From assembly GCA_002269645.1 (NCBI GenBank), contig NIVC01002101.1:62001-126000 (forward strand): DNA of 64,000 nt, given 5' to 3'. This document shows, piece after piece, positions 42,156 through 53,504 of the stretch. A program made the position numbers and the translations under genes. The notes under the pieces are model-generated. The model worked only from the letters and a program-made list of their open reading frames with translations. It was not told the DNA's origin and did no database searches. Within the stretch, counting starts at the first letter, position 1. The number at the start of each line of letters is the position of its first letter. This stretch comes from Macrostomum lignano. Lineage: Eukaryota.

Positions 42156-43950
42156 TTAGGTGAGCATGAGAATCTCCAGCTGCTTGAAGCTGTAGTAGTG
42201 CCCGTCAGTAATGTTTGTTGGAGCATTTGAAGCCCAAACGATGCCCTTGGCTCGGTCTGCAGCTGACACATTCAGCGCTGTCGGGTAGTTGAAGTACTTG
42301 CCGAACGGACCTGAGGCATGGCAGCATGTGTGCCACTGAGGCTGGAACATTTGGGCACAGTTCTGTCCATAACTGCAGGTACTCAAGCCACGGTCTCGAG
42401 TCTGAAACTGGATGTTATTGCCACCGAACAAGTTCTGGTGAAGACCTCCAGCAGGCTGAAACGTGAATTCAGACAGCGTGTAGTTGGTGCTCTCGGCCAG
42501 AATGAGCACGTTCAGGTAGTAGGCGTAGATGTAGGCGTCGTTCCAGTACAGCAGGTCGACGCGGAACCGGTTGTTGATGGGCTGAGCGCTGGTCCGGGCG
42601 TGCAGCCAATCCAGACCTGAATGTAAATAAATTTTTGTTGGCTCACTCTAAAACTTCCTCACAATGAGATTCAATTTTTGAAGTGTTTACAAACTCATTC
42701 GTCACGTTCCTATGTGTAAATACAGTGTATACCTCTATGTTTCTCATTTTAACTGCAAAGCAAAGCTTGCACACCGCTAGTTGAGTTTCAGAAGGAAAAC
42801 AAATCTGGACTTTGACAAACGAGATTAGATATTAGTTAAGTCGGATGGAATCAGTAAACAAAACATTTTACACATGCAAAATACTACTCGTAGTAGTGTA
42901 GCTCGCATTCTGCAAGTGAATATGAAATTTTTTGCTAGAAATTTTAATGTTCCTTCTCAGAATTTCAAAATTAAAGTTATATTTTAAACAAAAAGGTAAA
43001 TTCACATTGTAGAAACCATGATAACAATGTTATTTCAATGATAAAAATACGTTAACTTAGGCTCTACCAGAAACTCTATAAAAAAGCCCTAGTAACTCAC
43101 CAGCAAAGTAGTTGCCGTGATAAGTGCCGAAGCCGGTCTTGTACTCGGCCCAGAGCCGGTCGAAGCTCAGCGCGTCCGACACTCGCAGGTTGACGGTCTC
43201 GAAGCACTGCTGAGTGCCCACAGTGTAGAACTCCTGGAAGGGAAAGTTAGGCAATGTCTTAGGGTTTTCATTTAAAGCGTCTTATAAATGCTGTCACCGA
43301 TCCAGCACTGCTTTCCCATCACTTACATAGACGGCCAGCTCAGAGCTGCTTGGAGGCTGCTCGAACCAGCGGCACAGCGGGTAGTCGGTGAGCAGAGAGC
43401 AGTTGCTGGAGTTGAACACAATCCCGCGACAGGCCGGCATCTCGCTGCACTTGGCAACGCAGCCAATGAACGATGAGACAGCCGGCTGGTGCTGAAGGAA
43501 TGCGGCGAAGATCTTCACCGAGTTGTTGGGAATGTGGACCCGCTTGTGAGTCACGTTTCGAGCCGCAAGGTACTCTGCAAAGGCCAAAGTGAGTTTGATC
43601 AACACGAGTCCTGAAAAAATTGAAAACAGAACTCCGGTCTCACCGGTCCGGAAGCTGCTCAGCCTGTCGCTGGACGCCAGACCGGACTGTCCGCCACAGG
43701 ACGAATTCCAGCCGAGCAGCGCGGTCTCCGCAGTGAACAGTCGGCACTCACCGAGCTGCTCGATGCCATCAGCGGTGCTGGCAGCATCCAAGCTCAGAGC
43801 TGCGCACCAGGACTGCTTGGCGTAGAGCATCGCGCACTGCTGCTCGGTGACCGGCTGCAGAGACCGCCACCCGGAGCTGGGGTCGGCTGGGCAGCCGGGG
43901 AACCTCGTGAGCTTCAGCGTTGGTGGCTGGCAGCCGTAGGCGAAGGACAT
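42156..43950 (-). CDS. PAN-PAN-FReD protein, family 2 copy E; 5' end/signal peptide uncertain
   Basis: Exons 43950-43644, 43574-43327, 43233-43101, 42616-42156 with GT-AG and phases 1,0,1. PAN1 CAMLYAKQSWCAALSL...ECRLF, PAN2 GCVAKCSEMPACRGIVFNSSNCSLL, FReD SFDRLWAEYKTGFG...GLDWLH...FQTRDRG. No hydrophobic leader in frame before MSFAYGC. Confidence 0.7.
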
Positions 43951-46900
43951 AGCTTTAAAAAATATGTAAGTAGCAACTATTCATTAGGTTTTGAGTTTTA
44001 TGTAATTGATATTGTACTGACATAAATTTAGGAAATGAATGAAAACTCTTCAAGCAATCAAGAAATGGATAGAGTGATGGAGTGATATTGTCATATGTGT
44101 CACTTTGGAAAGTCTCTCTAACAAGTTGGTACCGTTTTCACACCGACTCACCCGTGAGCAGCTTCCACAGAAGCAGCTGCAGCAGCTCGGAATGCTTAGC
44201 TGTCAGTTTCATTGCAGGTGGGAGCTACTTAGGCCAACATTTGCAATTGATGTTTGACTTTCCTGTTGCGAGATGTTCCGTGACGGAAACTCAGCTCTGG
44301 ACGGGGCTTTTGAAGTATGGTATCTGCTACCCCCTAAGAGTTGGGAAATAAGCGGTTGTCAGGCAACGGAAGCGTCCCACCCTCCCGTTTCTCTGCCCCA
44401 CCTTTACTGGACACGGCTTCGCGAGGCTTAGAATCCCCTACTCAAGTTGAGTTGGAAGCCGGGGTTGGGGAGATATTCATTTTCCATATTTTTTCCATCT
44501 TTAAAGGACTCCGCGCTACACAAGTTTTAGATGAATTCCATCCATATACTAAAAATGGTCTGTCGGTATATGTGTGTGTGTGTGTGATCGATTTTAGAAA
44601 AATACTGAATCTACATCTAAATTCTATCCATTCCCTCTGCTAAGTTCTCTACCCTCAGCCTCAACTCTTGCCCGCAGCATCAAGCCAGGGGCAGAGGAGC
44701 TAGAGTGCACTCGTGCATAATGCGTCAAACAATGCAGCATCCAGCGCTCAGGCTCCATCATTAATGCAGCTAAAATTTTAGCACATTTGATAGACATTTT
44801 AGCTATCGCAGCAGTTGAAATTTATTCTATCCTTATATGAGCTATATAGATAAATTAATAAGACTTTAGCTGCAGTTTTTCAACGCTTTTAAAACTTAAT
44901 GAATTAACCGTTCTGTATTGTACACTGTATTTGAGTTGGGACTCATTCTCAGAGGGTCTGCAGTCCGAAGCTGATGAGGCAGAGGATCAGCAATGTGGGG
45001 GAGGCTGTCGCAGGTATGTGCTGTTTGCAGCAGAGCTAAAAGCGAGGCAGAATGAGTCAGCCTGGAGTCAGTGGATGAGAGCCAAGCCCAGATGATGAAG
45101 TAGCAGCTAGCCGCATTTTTGAGGCTGCCGCAGTCCAGCACCCATAGCGGCACAAAAACACAGCCACTGGTGCCACCCGAAGATCAGGGAATCCACCTCC
45201 GCCCCCTTCACAAGGGTGTTTCAGTTCCCCCCGCTGCCGAAGTTTCTTGCTTGAGGTTCTCCCGCAGCAAGTCTTTCCTTCCAGATTCTCTCTAGGCTCT
45301 AGAAGGGCGCCAAAACCTCGGTGGGAAAACTTCGCCGCGGGAGATCTGCCTGCGGGGAACGTCTCGCAGAACATCTCGTGCTCCCCCCGTCGTCGTGATG
45401 ATATCCTCGGCCAGGTGTCAGCTTTACGTCTCAGTCAGCTCAAACGCTCCCTGCCGAACCGACTGCAATGTAATCGATACCTTGTTGGACGAGTCGACTA
45501 GAAACATCTGGAGATCCCATTTATCTTGGACTCCCAGATGGTATGTAGGCTAAAATTAAATTTTGATGCCACGTTAAGGTATGATACGAGCATAAAGCGT
45601 CCTGCTCAGACAGTAATAGAAAGTTTACCCTGCCACCACTCAGCTGTTGCCACCGATTCACTCATTGCACAACTAAGGGTCGTGGTGAGTTTAGTCAAGA
45701 CATTTTTACCTCTTATCTGCTCTTAACCTCTTACACCATATTTATCCATACATACACTCGTATAAGCAGGTACCGTGAGCCTTGGAGTTAATAATTTTCG
45801 CATTTTACAGTTTCAAGTCTTTAGGGCCTGAGAAAGCTGCAAATGTATGAGGCGCTCGGAAACTCTTGTCTGTAAAATCTAAGCCTATTCTAAAAGCATG
45901 AAATGTGAAAGCCTTGCTCTAACTTCCAGTTCGCTAGCGGCTTCATCGTCCCGTCCAGTTGCAGTAACTTGGCCGGTGCTCAAGGCCAGGCACGGCCAAG
46001 GCCTCACCAGAGCTGCTTAAAACACCGCTCCCAAGACAGGAAGCCCAGTTTACATTGCCGAGATTCCTCCAAACCCCGCAACGCGCTGGCGTTGCGAATA
46101 TGACGAATAGGCGGGTCAGCCAGTTCGCCACCAAAGCCCGCATCTGCCTGTTCATCTGGGCTGCGGTTTCAACTGCCGCGCTGGCCGTCACCGCCATCAG
46201 GCAGCAGATCAGTCAGCGGCCAGTCCAGCCGGTGTCAGACGTCTTTGAGGACTCTTTTAGCATCATGAGCGACTCTGTAAGGGACAGGACGGAAACGATG
46301 GACTCCCGAAGAGCAGCTCAGGACGGAGGCAATGCGTCTGCTTTCGGTCGTGAGGATATCGCGAGGGCCATCTGGTGCCTACTGCTCACAGCTCTGGTGG
46401 CAGCTGCTCAGATGGCCGGTTTAAGAATGCTTCGCGACTCAAAGGTGCAGAAGGGTCGATTTGGCTGCTATGGATGGCAGGAGATGAACGCGATGAGTGA
46501 CGAATGAGTGAAGGAACTGCATGCGAACCAGTTTCTCATGGAAACCCTTTGTCCAGTGCGCTCACTGCTCATTGTTACGCGCTGATTTTGAATCTTAAGC
46601 AATTTTCTGTTTTTTCTTTGTGTATCAACCAATTAGTCCTATGCTTATTGGACAGGTACAACGATATTTACAAGAAAATACTTCAAAAAGTTTTCTTTCG
46701 AACTGCTATATGAATACAGAATGAAGATGAGTGCGTAGCGAAATGATGAAACTCATTTTAAATATCAATTTCTATTGACATAAGTTTGTCTCTTCAGTTT
46801 ATTGCTTTAATAAGTAGGCGGAATAGGCAGTTATGCCTCTCGCCAGCAGTGCAAAAATGTCGCCTAAAGTGCGCCAGGGTGCACACAGCCACCCTGCCTT

Positions 46901-47741
46901 CCACAGCTTCATCTCCACTCTGAGGGTGGCGCCGCCCTGTCTGAGCGAGTGGATGGCGGAGAGGCCTGCGGGAGGTGTTGCCGGGTGTTCTTGAAGGAAG
47001 CTGTGTAGTTTTCTTCACTTTTCAGAATAATTTTCCATTCTGTTACCGGCAGACTTTTTCTAATATCAACTGTTAGATTTTGAGTCGTTTAATAACTCGG
47101 ATAAATAGCTGTCTTGCCAAGCATCGTACCTCCAAGGTAGAATCCGCTGTGAGGAATGCCCATTCTGCCACTCAGGTATTGAGAATGCAGAGCACTTCAT
47201 CTGCAACTTTTACTCAGGCTCTCACCTACCTCGGCCAAAACCCGGACTTTTATGGTGTCTTTTACTCGTAGGTCAAGGAATTTCTACCAGCTCGTCCGCT
47301 ACCTAGGGGCTACCGGGCGAGCGACATTTCACATCCTGGACTCTACAAAGAGGGCCCGAGCTGTGGACACAGGCACACCAGAGCTCCCTGTGGGACCGGC
47401 AGCCACCAGGCTTAAGTTGAATGGGCGCTGAACTCCTCCTAGCGTATCCGAAGCCCCCCCTACAGCCTTGTCAAGTAAATAAAAAACACTGATAAACCGA
47501 CAGAGATCAATCCTTTCAATGATTTTGACTCCAATATCAGCCACTTATATCAACTTAAAACCTCCGACTTGACGAAGATTTTACAGCATGAAACCACATT
47601 AGAATTTTTGTCTTATTCAGCAAATCATCAGTTCGTGCTTGAAAATTAGTGGGGGCATGCTAACATGTTCTCTACCCAATAAAACTTTTATCCGCATAAA
47701 CTTCAATTTTTTTTTTAAATAAACGCAAAAATCAGCTCAAG

Positions 47742-48460
47742 TTAAACATGAAAATTTTCGTTAAACACGCCGGAAGGAGCCAAACGAGATAAATCAGTTG
47801 CGAAAAGCAGGCAGCGGCCGAGAAAGCGGATCCCAACCCCAATGATGGGGAAGGGAAGGAGTAAAAGCGGGAAGGCAGTCAGGTGGACGCAGCCTGCAGC
47901 TGCGAAGCCATGAAAGAAGCGGCGCGACAGGGCAGAGCTGGTAGAAAAGTAGCGGAGAGCAGCGTCCGATCTCCAGCCCCCAAGAGCCCGAACGTCCGAT
48001 TCTGACAAGCCGATTTGATGGCAGAAGCTGGCACCCCCACGCCGGATGCTGTGGCCGGAGAAACCAGCAGCTGGAAAGCCGCACGCAGCCAGACACGCAC
48101 GAAGACAGCTGATGAGCTGGCTGGCTGAGAGCTCGCCTCCGAGGCCGTAGCCAAAGAGTGGCGCCCTTGGGTTGCTGGCTGGTGACAGGTGCAGGTGAGA
48201 CCGCAGGGCGCGCACAGGGCAGAGTGGTGACTCTGGACGACATGCGGCGTCGACCCGAACTGGTTGGTCTTGGACAAAAAGCACATGGCCAAGAAAGTGA
48301 TCAACATTAGGCCCAAGTGTCTTCCGTCCGACCACTCTGGCCTAAGGCGATGTGGGACTCTGATCCACATGTGGAGCTGGCAAGGAGACTGCTGAAAGAC
48401 ATCGCCCGTTTAGGTCACGACAGTTCTGCTGCCAATGGCACCCGTGACCACCTCACCCGG
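47742..48460 (-). mobile_element. Degenerate tyrosine recombinase of a DIRS/Ngaro-type retrotransposon
   Basis: Motifs across frames: FSSLL, SKTNQFG, LCPVRAL, APLF, FSGHSIRRGGAS (HxxR), LGGWRSDAALRY (catalytic Tyr); frameshifted; no RT or gag recognised nearby. Confidence 0.8.
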
Positions 48461-49489
48461 ACCTACTCTGATCGCACAGTTATGCAGCAGCTATGGGGTG
48501 TTGGCTGTGGGTGGCCTACGATTGAAATCGAGGTGTAGGAAATATCTGAAGCTACTCAACTTAACCGAGTGGTTGAAGTCGTTAATTTGATCGTCGATCA
48601 TCAACTTATTTAACTGTTTTCAAGCTTTAGAATTGTGTATTAGGTCTCGGATTCCATTATTATCAGCAAACAGTGTTTGTTCATTTTTACAAGTATTAAA
48701 CCTCAGAATGTTGCAGTCTCTTTTGTGGCCTGTCTTTCATGAAATTTGCTAGAATTTGCATTATGTCTCTTGAGTTATAATTTTAGTCGAATAGATTCAT
48801 GAGTGATAAAAATGTCTCTTGATTTTCTTGAGTCTCTTAAATTGATCTCCTCGAGTCTTTAGATGCGATTACGAGTACATTATCCTCTGCAGTAAGGTTT
48901 TGAAATTAAAAAAAATTTCTAAAAACTTTTGAAGATTTCCTGCTCAACTTATCACACGGAACACTATAAAAGTTCCAAACGCACTTAAACAGGAAGTGAA
49001 CTTCCCTTTCTACTCCCACATGACACTTTGGGCAGGTCCTGTTCTCGCAAGGGATCTTTGGTCTCGCAGTCCTCATTTTTTCACTGGCCAGTTTGTGGTT
49101 TCCTAATCTACCGGCAAACTGTGACAGGGTGAGCCTTACTTTTAGATTGGAAATTTCTAGGAAAAACTTTTCGGTTAATTAGTGCCATTTGAAGCTGTAG
49201 TAAGTGACTCAGCTCTGCAGAGTTCTCTACTATTTTCCTACAGTGTCTCGTAAATTCAAGTTCAAAACGGGCTTTGTGTGTTTCGGCTGATTTTGCTGGC
49301 CGTCCATGCTGATGGTTTCGCATTATTTTGCTATTCGTTTTAGTTGTAATGCCAGCCTTACTGTAAACTGGGTCTCGAGATGATGGAGTCTGGGCGAGTT
49401 GCTAGTGATGACAGGTACTGAATAATTAAGTTTTGAATACTGTATAATAAAGGCAGTCTGCCTACACCCTGCTGTTTTGCTTCCTGCGA

Positions 49490-50200
49490 TCTCGCGTATG
49501 CTGAGGACATCGCGCTGTTCTCCCAACATTCAGCTGCTGTCCAGCGCGCTCTCACAAGGCTCTGCAACGAGGGCGCCGTGTTGAGCTGCTGGTGCACGCT
49601 CGCAAGACGGAATCGTTGCACGTGGGCCCAAATACCACCCAAACTCTCACTCTGCCCAGTGCAGAGACGGCATTACGGTGTGCGAGGACTTTCGGTGCCT
49701 CGGTGCCCTGGTGATGAAGCCCGATGCCATTGTCTCCGACAGGAGGAACCAGGCCTGGCGCGCCGCGCACTTCCTCAGGTACGTCTTCAATCCAGCTGCC
49801 AGAGACGACCTGAAGGTGCGCAGGTGCGCCTGTTCCGCACGGCTCTAGAACAGATCCTCCTGTACGGCATGGACGCTGTGCCGCAGACCAAGACGCGAGA
49901 GCGAGCCCTGGACGCGCTCTGCCGATCGCTGCTGCGCTACACGCTGGATGTGCACTACCCGGAGCGCCTGCCGACCAACGCTGTGATGACCCGCCCATGT
50001 GGAGCTCCGCCCCTAAGCGATACCTTGCGCCGGCGCCGTCAGATGCTGCTGGTCCACTGTCTACGAACCCTGGACCGCATTACGCTCATCTGGCTTTGCT
50101 GCACGGAACGACCGAGCAATTGCACCGCGGCCAGGCCCGCACTGCCACTCTGACTGACTGCCTCATCGCTGACTTGCAGGCGCTTGCACTGACCCCTCAG
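49490..50200 (+). mobile_element. Decayed non-LTR retrotransposon (RTE-like) RT C-terminal fragment
   Basis: LAYAEDIALFS (YADD-like), EDFRCLG, RLFRTALEQILLYG...LDALCRSLLRYTLDVHY...PLSDTLRRRRQMLLVHCLR; several frameshifts. Confidence 0.75.
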
Positions 50201-50329
50201 GCTGCTGCTGCTGTCCCTCCTGCCTGTTCTGCCAGCGTGCGGCAAAGGGTCTTTCCTCTGCGTCCTAATAAATAGATACACTCTGAGAAGTTCCAATTAT
50301 TTCTGGGCTACGCTTGTAACATTGACGTC

Positions 50330-50580
50330 TTCAAGTTTCTTTTGAATAAAATGGAACGATTCACCATGTCAAATGCACTTTTTAAGTCAAAGAAGAGAAA
50401 ACAAAAAGGTCTCTTTTTGTTCTGTCTATGTTTGATGAGAGACAATAGTGCGGTAGCCCTTTTCATTTGCCTGACTGGCTGGCTGCCAGTAAGTTCAGGA
50501 CACGAATGCGGGCCTCCAGCTTCGCATGGGATTGAAGCGAAGAGACGGGCCATGGCGGGGAGAACACCAATGGAGTTGCA
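50330..50580 (-). mobile_element. LINE reverse transcriptase fragment
   Basis: CFLFFDLKSAFDMVNRSILF resembles the RT DL.KAFD.V motif; opposite strand to the adjacent RTE-like fragment. Confidence 0.6.
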
Positions 50581-51574
50581 ATTTTTTTGATTAATGTGGG
50601 ATCCTTTCTTCAGATGGGAGTCACCAAAGCGACTGACCACTGTCTGGGTGCGTATCCTGCAAGCCTCACGATTGCATTGGACAGATTCAGTATGACTTGT
50701 TTTTTAACAGCCTTAAATATTGCGTTTTTATTCGATATAAAAATCGGCTATTCCCGCTGTTTTTAGCTTTTTAACCGCTTTATCAAAGAATCTAGGCTCT
50801 AGGTTGGAATATTTACTCAGATGGTTTTTTATTTCTAATATTGGGCATTTTTAAGCGTTGTAGAGATCTCCAAGCCTAGCAGACTACTAGAAGTAGTAAG
50901 ATAAAATTACGAATGCAAATGTAAAAATAGCATGCGTCATACTCTACCAGTAATATCACGAAGACAGCGAGTGATCGTTCCATAGTTCGAAAAACCGGTT
51001 TTCAACATCTATTTCCAAATATGGTAAATATTAGCCCAAATGCGACCCAAGTTTCACCCTTTTCTATTCCAAAACCCCACCGGTCAAAGGACAAAATCCA
51101 TTTTTTGACCTCGTCAACAAAACCGGTTTGGGGCTCAAGTTCGACTTAAATTGTGTATAAATACAAGCAAAAATCCGAGCTGAAACCTCAGACTCGGAGC
51201 AGCCTTGGAGAGGTCTCAAGAGATCTTGGGCTTTGCCAGAGCCGCCAAACGAGGCTATATCTCTGAGGGAGACAAATACCAATTGGTAAGCCTTTGTCAA
51301 AGTCTTTGTCATTTGATTATTGAGAGCGGCTTTATTGCCGGCCGCTACTGATCAGTTGGTTTTTATTGAGTTATTGGATTTGAGGCCTCCATATTCCAAA
51401 AGGATTGGATAGGATCTGCGGACCGATTCCGATACTCTTAGAAGATTATTGATTGGTTGATTTTGGTACCCTAGAGTAACAGAAAAGGGCACACGACTCT
51501 GATTATGTTATTTCTAGAAGAAGACGCCCTTCCTGGAGGACCTCGTCATTATTATAGAGTTGACTTTGTTGTTA

Positions 51575-51880
51575 GGGCGCATCTCGGATTACTGCACTCG
51601 ATGAATATATTGACTTCTGCACTCGAGGAATATATTGATTTCTGCACTCGAGGAATACATTGACTTCTGCACTCGATGAATATATTGATTTCTGCACTCG
51701 ATGAATATATTGACTTCTGCATTCGATGAATATATTGATTTCTGCACTCGAGGAATACATTGACTTCTGCACTCGATGAATATATTGATTTCTGCACTCG
51801 ATGAATATATTGACTTCTGCATTCGATGAATATATTGATTTCTGCACTCGAGGAATACATTGACTTCTGCACTCGAGAAA
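51575..51880. repeat. ~25-bp minisatellite
   Basis: Unit TATTGA(C/T)TTCTGCACTCGA(T/G)GAATA. Confidence 0.92.
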
Positions 51881-52084
51881 TACGTCGGCGTCGACGGATT
51901 AAAAACTGTCAGGCTCTCATTCTCGGCTGATTTTAGGATTCAAGAAGACAACTCCCGGAGGAAGATTGAAAAGACGAGCTCTACGGACCTTCCCGACAAA
52001 GAAGAGGAGACCGCACCAGTAAGTGATCACTGAATTCTGTTCCCAGGCTTGAGGTCTGGAAGTGGGAGTTTCTGCGTTTAGACA

Positions 52085-52312
52085 CTAGACTTAATCTCTC
52101 TCTCTCTTTCTCTCTCTCTCTATCCTCTTTCTCTCTCTCTCTCTCTCCTCTTTCTCTCTCTCTCTCTCTCCTCTTTCTCTCTCTCTCTCTCTCTCCTCTT
52201 TCTCTCTCTCTCTCTCTCTCTCCTCTTTCTCTCTCTCTCTCTCTCTCTCCTCTTTTTCTCTCTCTCTCTCTCTATCCTCTTTCTCTCTCTCTCTCTTTCC
52301 CTCTTTCTCTCT
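52085..52312. repeat. (CT)n microsatellite
   Basis: CT runs punctuated by CCTCTTT. Confidence 0.95.
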
Positions 52313-53504
52313 AGTGTGCTAAAGCGAACTCTTCAGCGTTTTTTGGAACTTAACTAATTAACCTAACCAATTTTTATTAGCCATGCCACAAGCAGATCTG
52401 TTGACATATGTTTTGGTATACATTAAAATGAGACTTAAAATTTACCTAAGTTTGTAGGTGTAAAGTGGCACAGTTACTACTTGGCAAACAATCTAGCAGA
52501 CAAAGATGCAGCAGAGTGCAGCAGGTTATCGTGGGCGTTACGTCACAAGACTGGTGCGGTTGGGCGAGGGAATAAAGCACGGACCGGGGGAGACGAGCAG
52601 AACAAGCGCATCAAAGCGCGAAAACAGAGGGCAAAACGGCCGGGAAATTGGACAAGCTAAATGCCGGGAAACAGAAATGAGATCCGACCGCCAAAACACA
52701 CCCATTTATAGTCACTTTCAAACCCCTCAAACCCCCCTCACGCCGGGTGGTGGGTGTCTGGCCGGCCGCTCGCTAAGCCGACTCGCATTGGGCCCACGGC
52801 GCCGGGTAGACTTGGATTTTGCCGCGTGCCAGGGTCCAGGCCGATCTTGATTGGCTGGCCGCGCAAAGCTTGGGGTACGCAGAAAAACTCAACCCTCCGC
52901 TGAGTCACAGAACTGGCGTCTAACTTCTAACCTGTTTACGCAAAACAGACTCTAAACTAAGAGAAAAAAGTACATTAAAACGCGTGACCAAACAAGCAAA
53001 ATAATAATTAACAATATGGAAACTAACAAATTAAATGCAAACTACACAAAAGATGATCACACTACAAGCAAGTAAGCCTGAAGATGCATATCGGATCTCG
53101 AAACGCCTCAAAATCTTGATACTGACTAAATATACAGTTTCCTAAGTATTGCATGGTAATAGGAAACGCGAATAGTGTACTAATTCGTCAGTACAGTGAC
53201 CAACTGTCAGAACTCTTTCGGCTAAAGCACACGAATTTCGCTGCTGAGTTCTCAGCATTTAGTACTTTTAGGAAAATTTCATTGTTTCCAGCCGCACAAG
53301 CCCCTCGTTGCTCATTCAGCCAATTACAATAATCCACACTAATGCGAGCATAAGCAGCAGCTAAGCACATTTTCACTCAATAAAACAGTAAGAACTGCCC
53401 TGCATTCAGATGCTTTTACTGCAGGCTGAAGTTGCAGAAGTAGACCAAATTATCAAAAAACCTTTATATTTTTTGAAGCCATCAGTTTTTAGCTGAACTC
53501 CAAA

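Noticed and set aside
45300-45480. Faint resemblance to an R2/NeSL-type zinc knuckle and RHD motif (RRGRSACGERLAEHLV / RRDDIL)
   Set aside because: Too short, frameshifted and missing key Cys residues to support a call.
52500-52920. GC-rich block that might be a solo LTR
   Set aside because: No clear TG...CA termini, TSD or second copy in the window.
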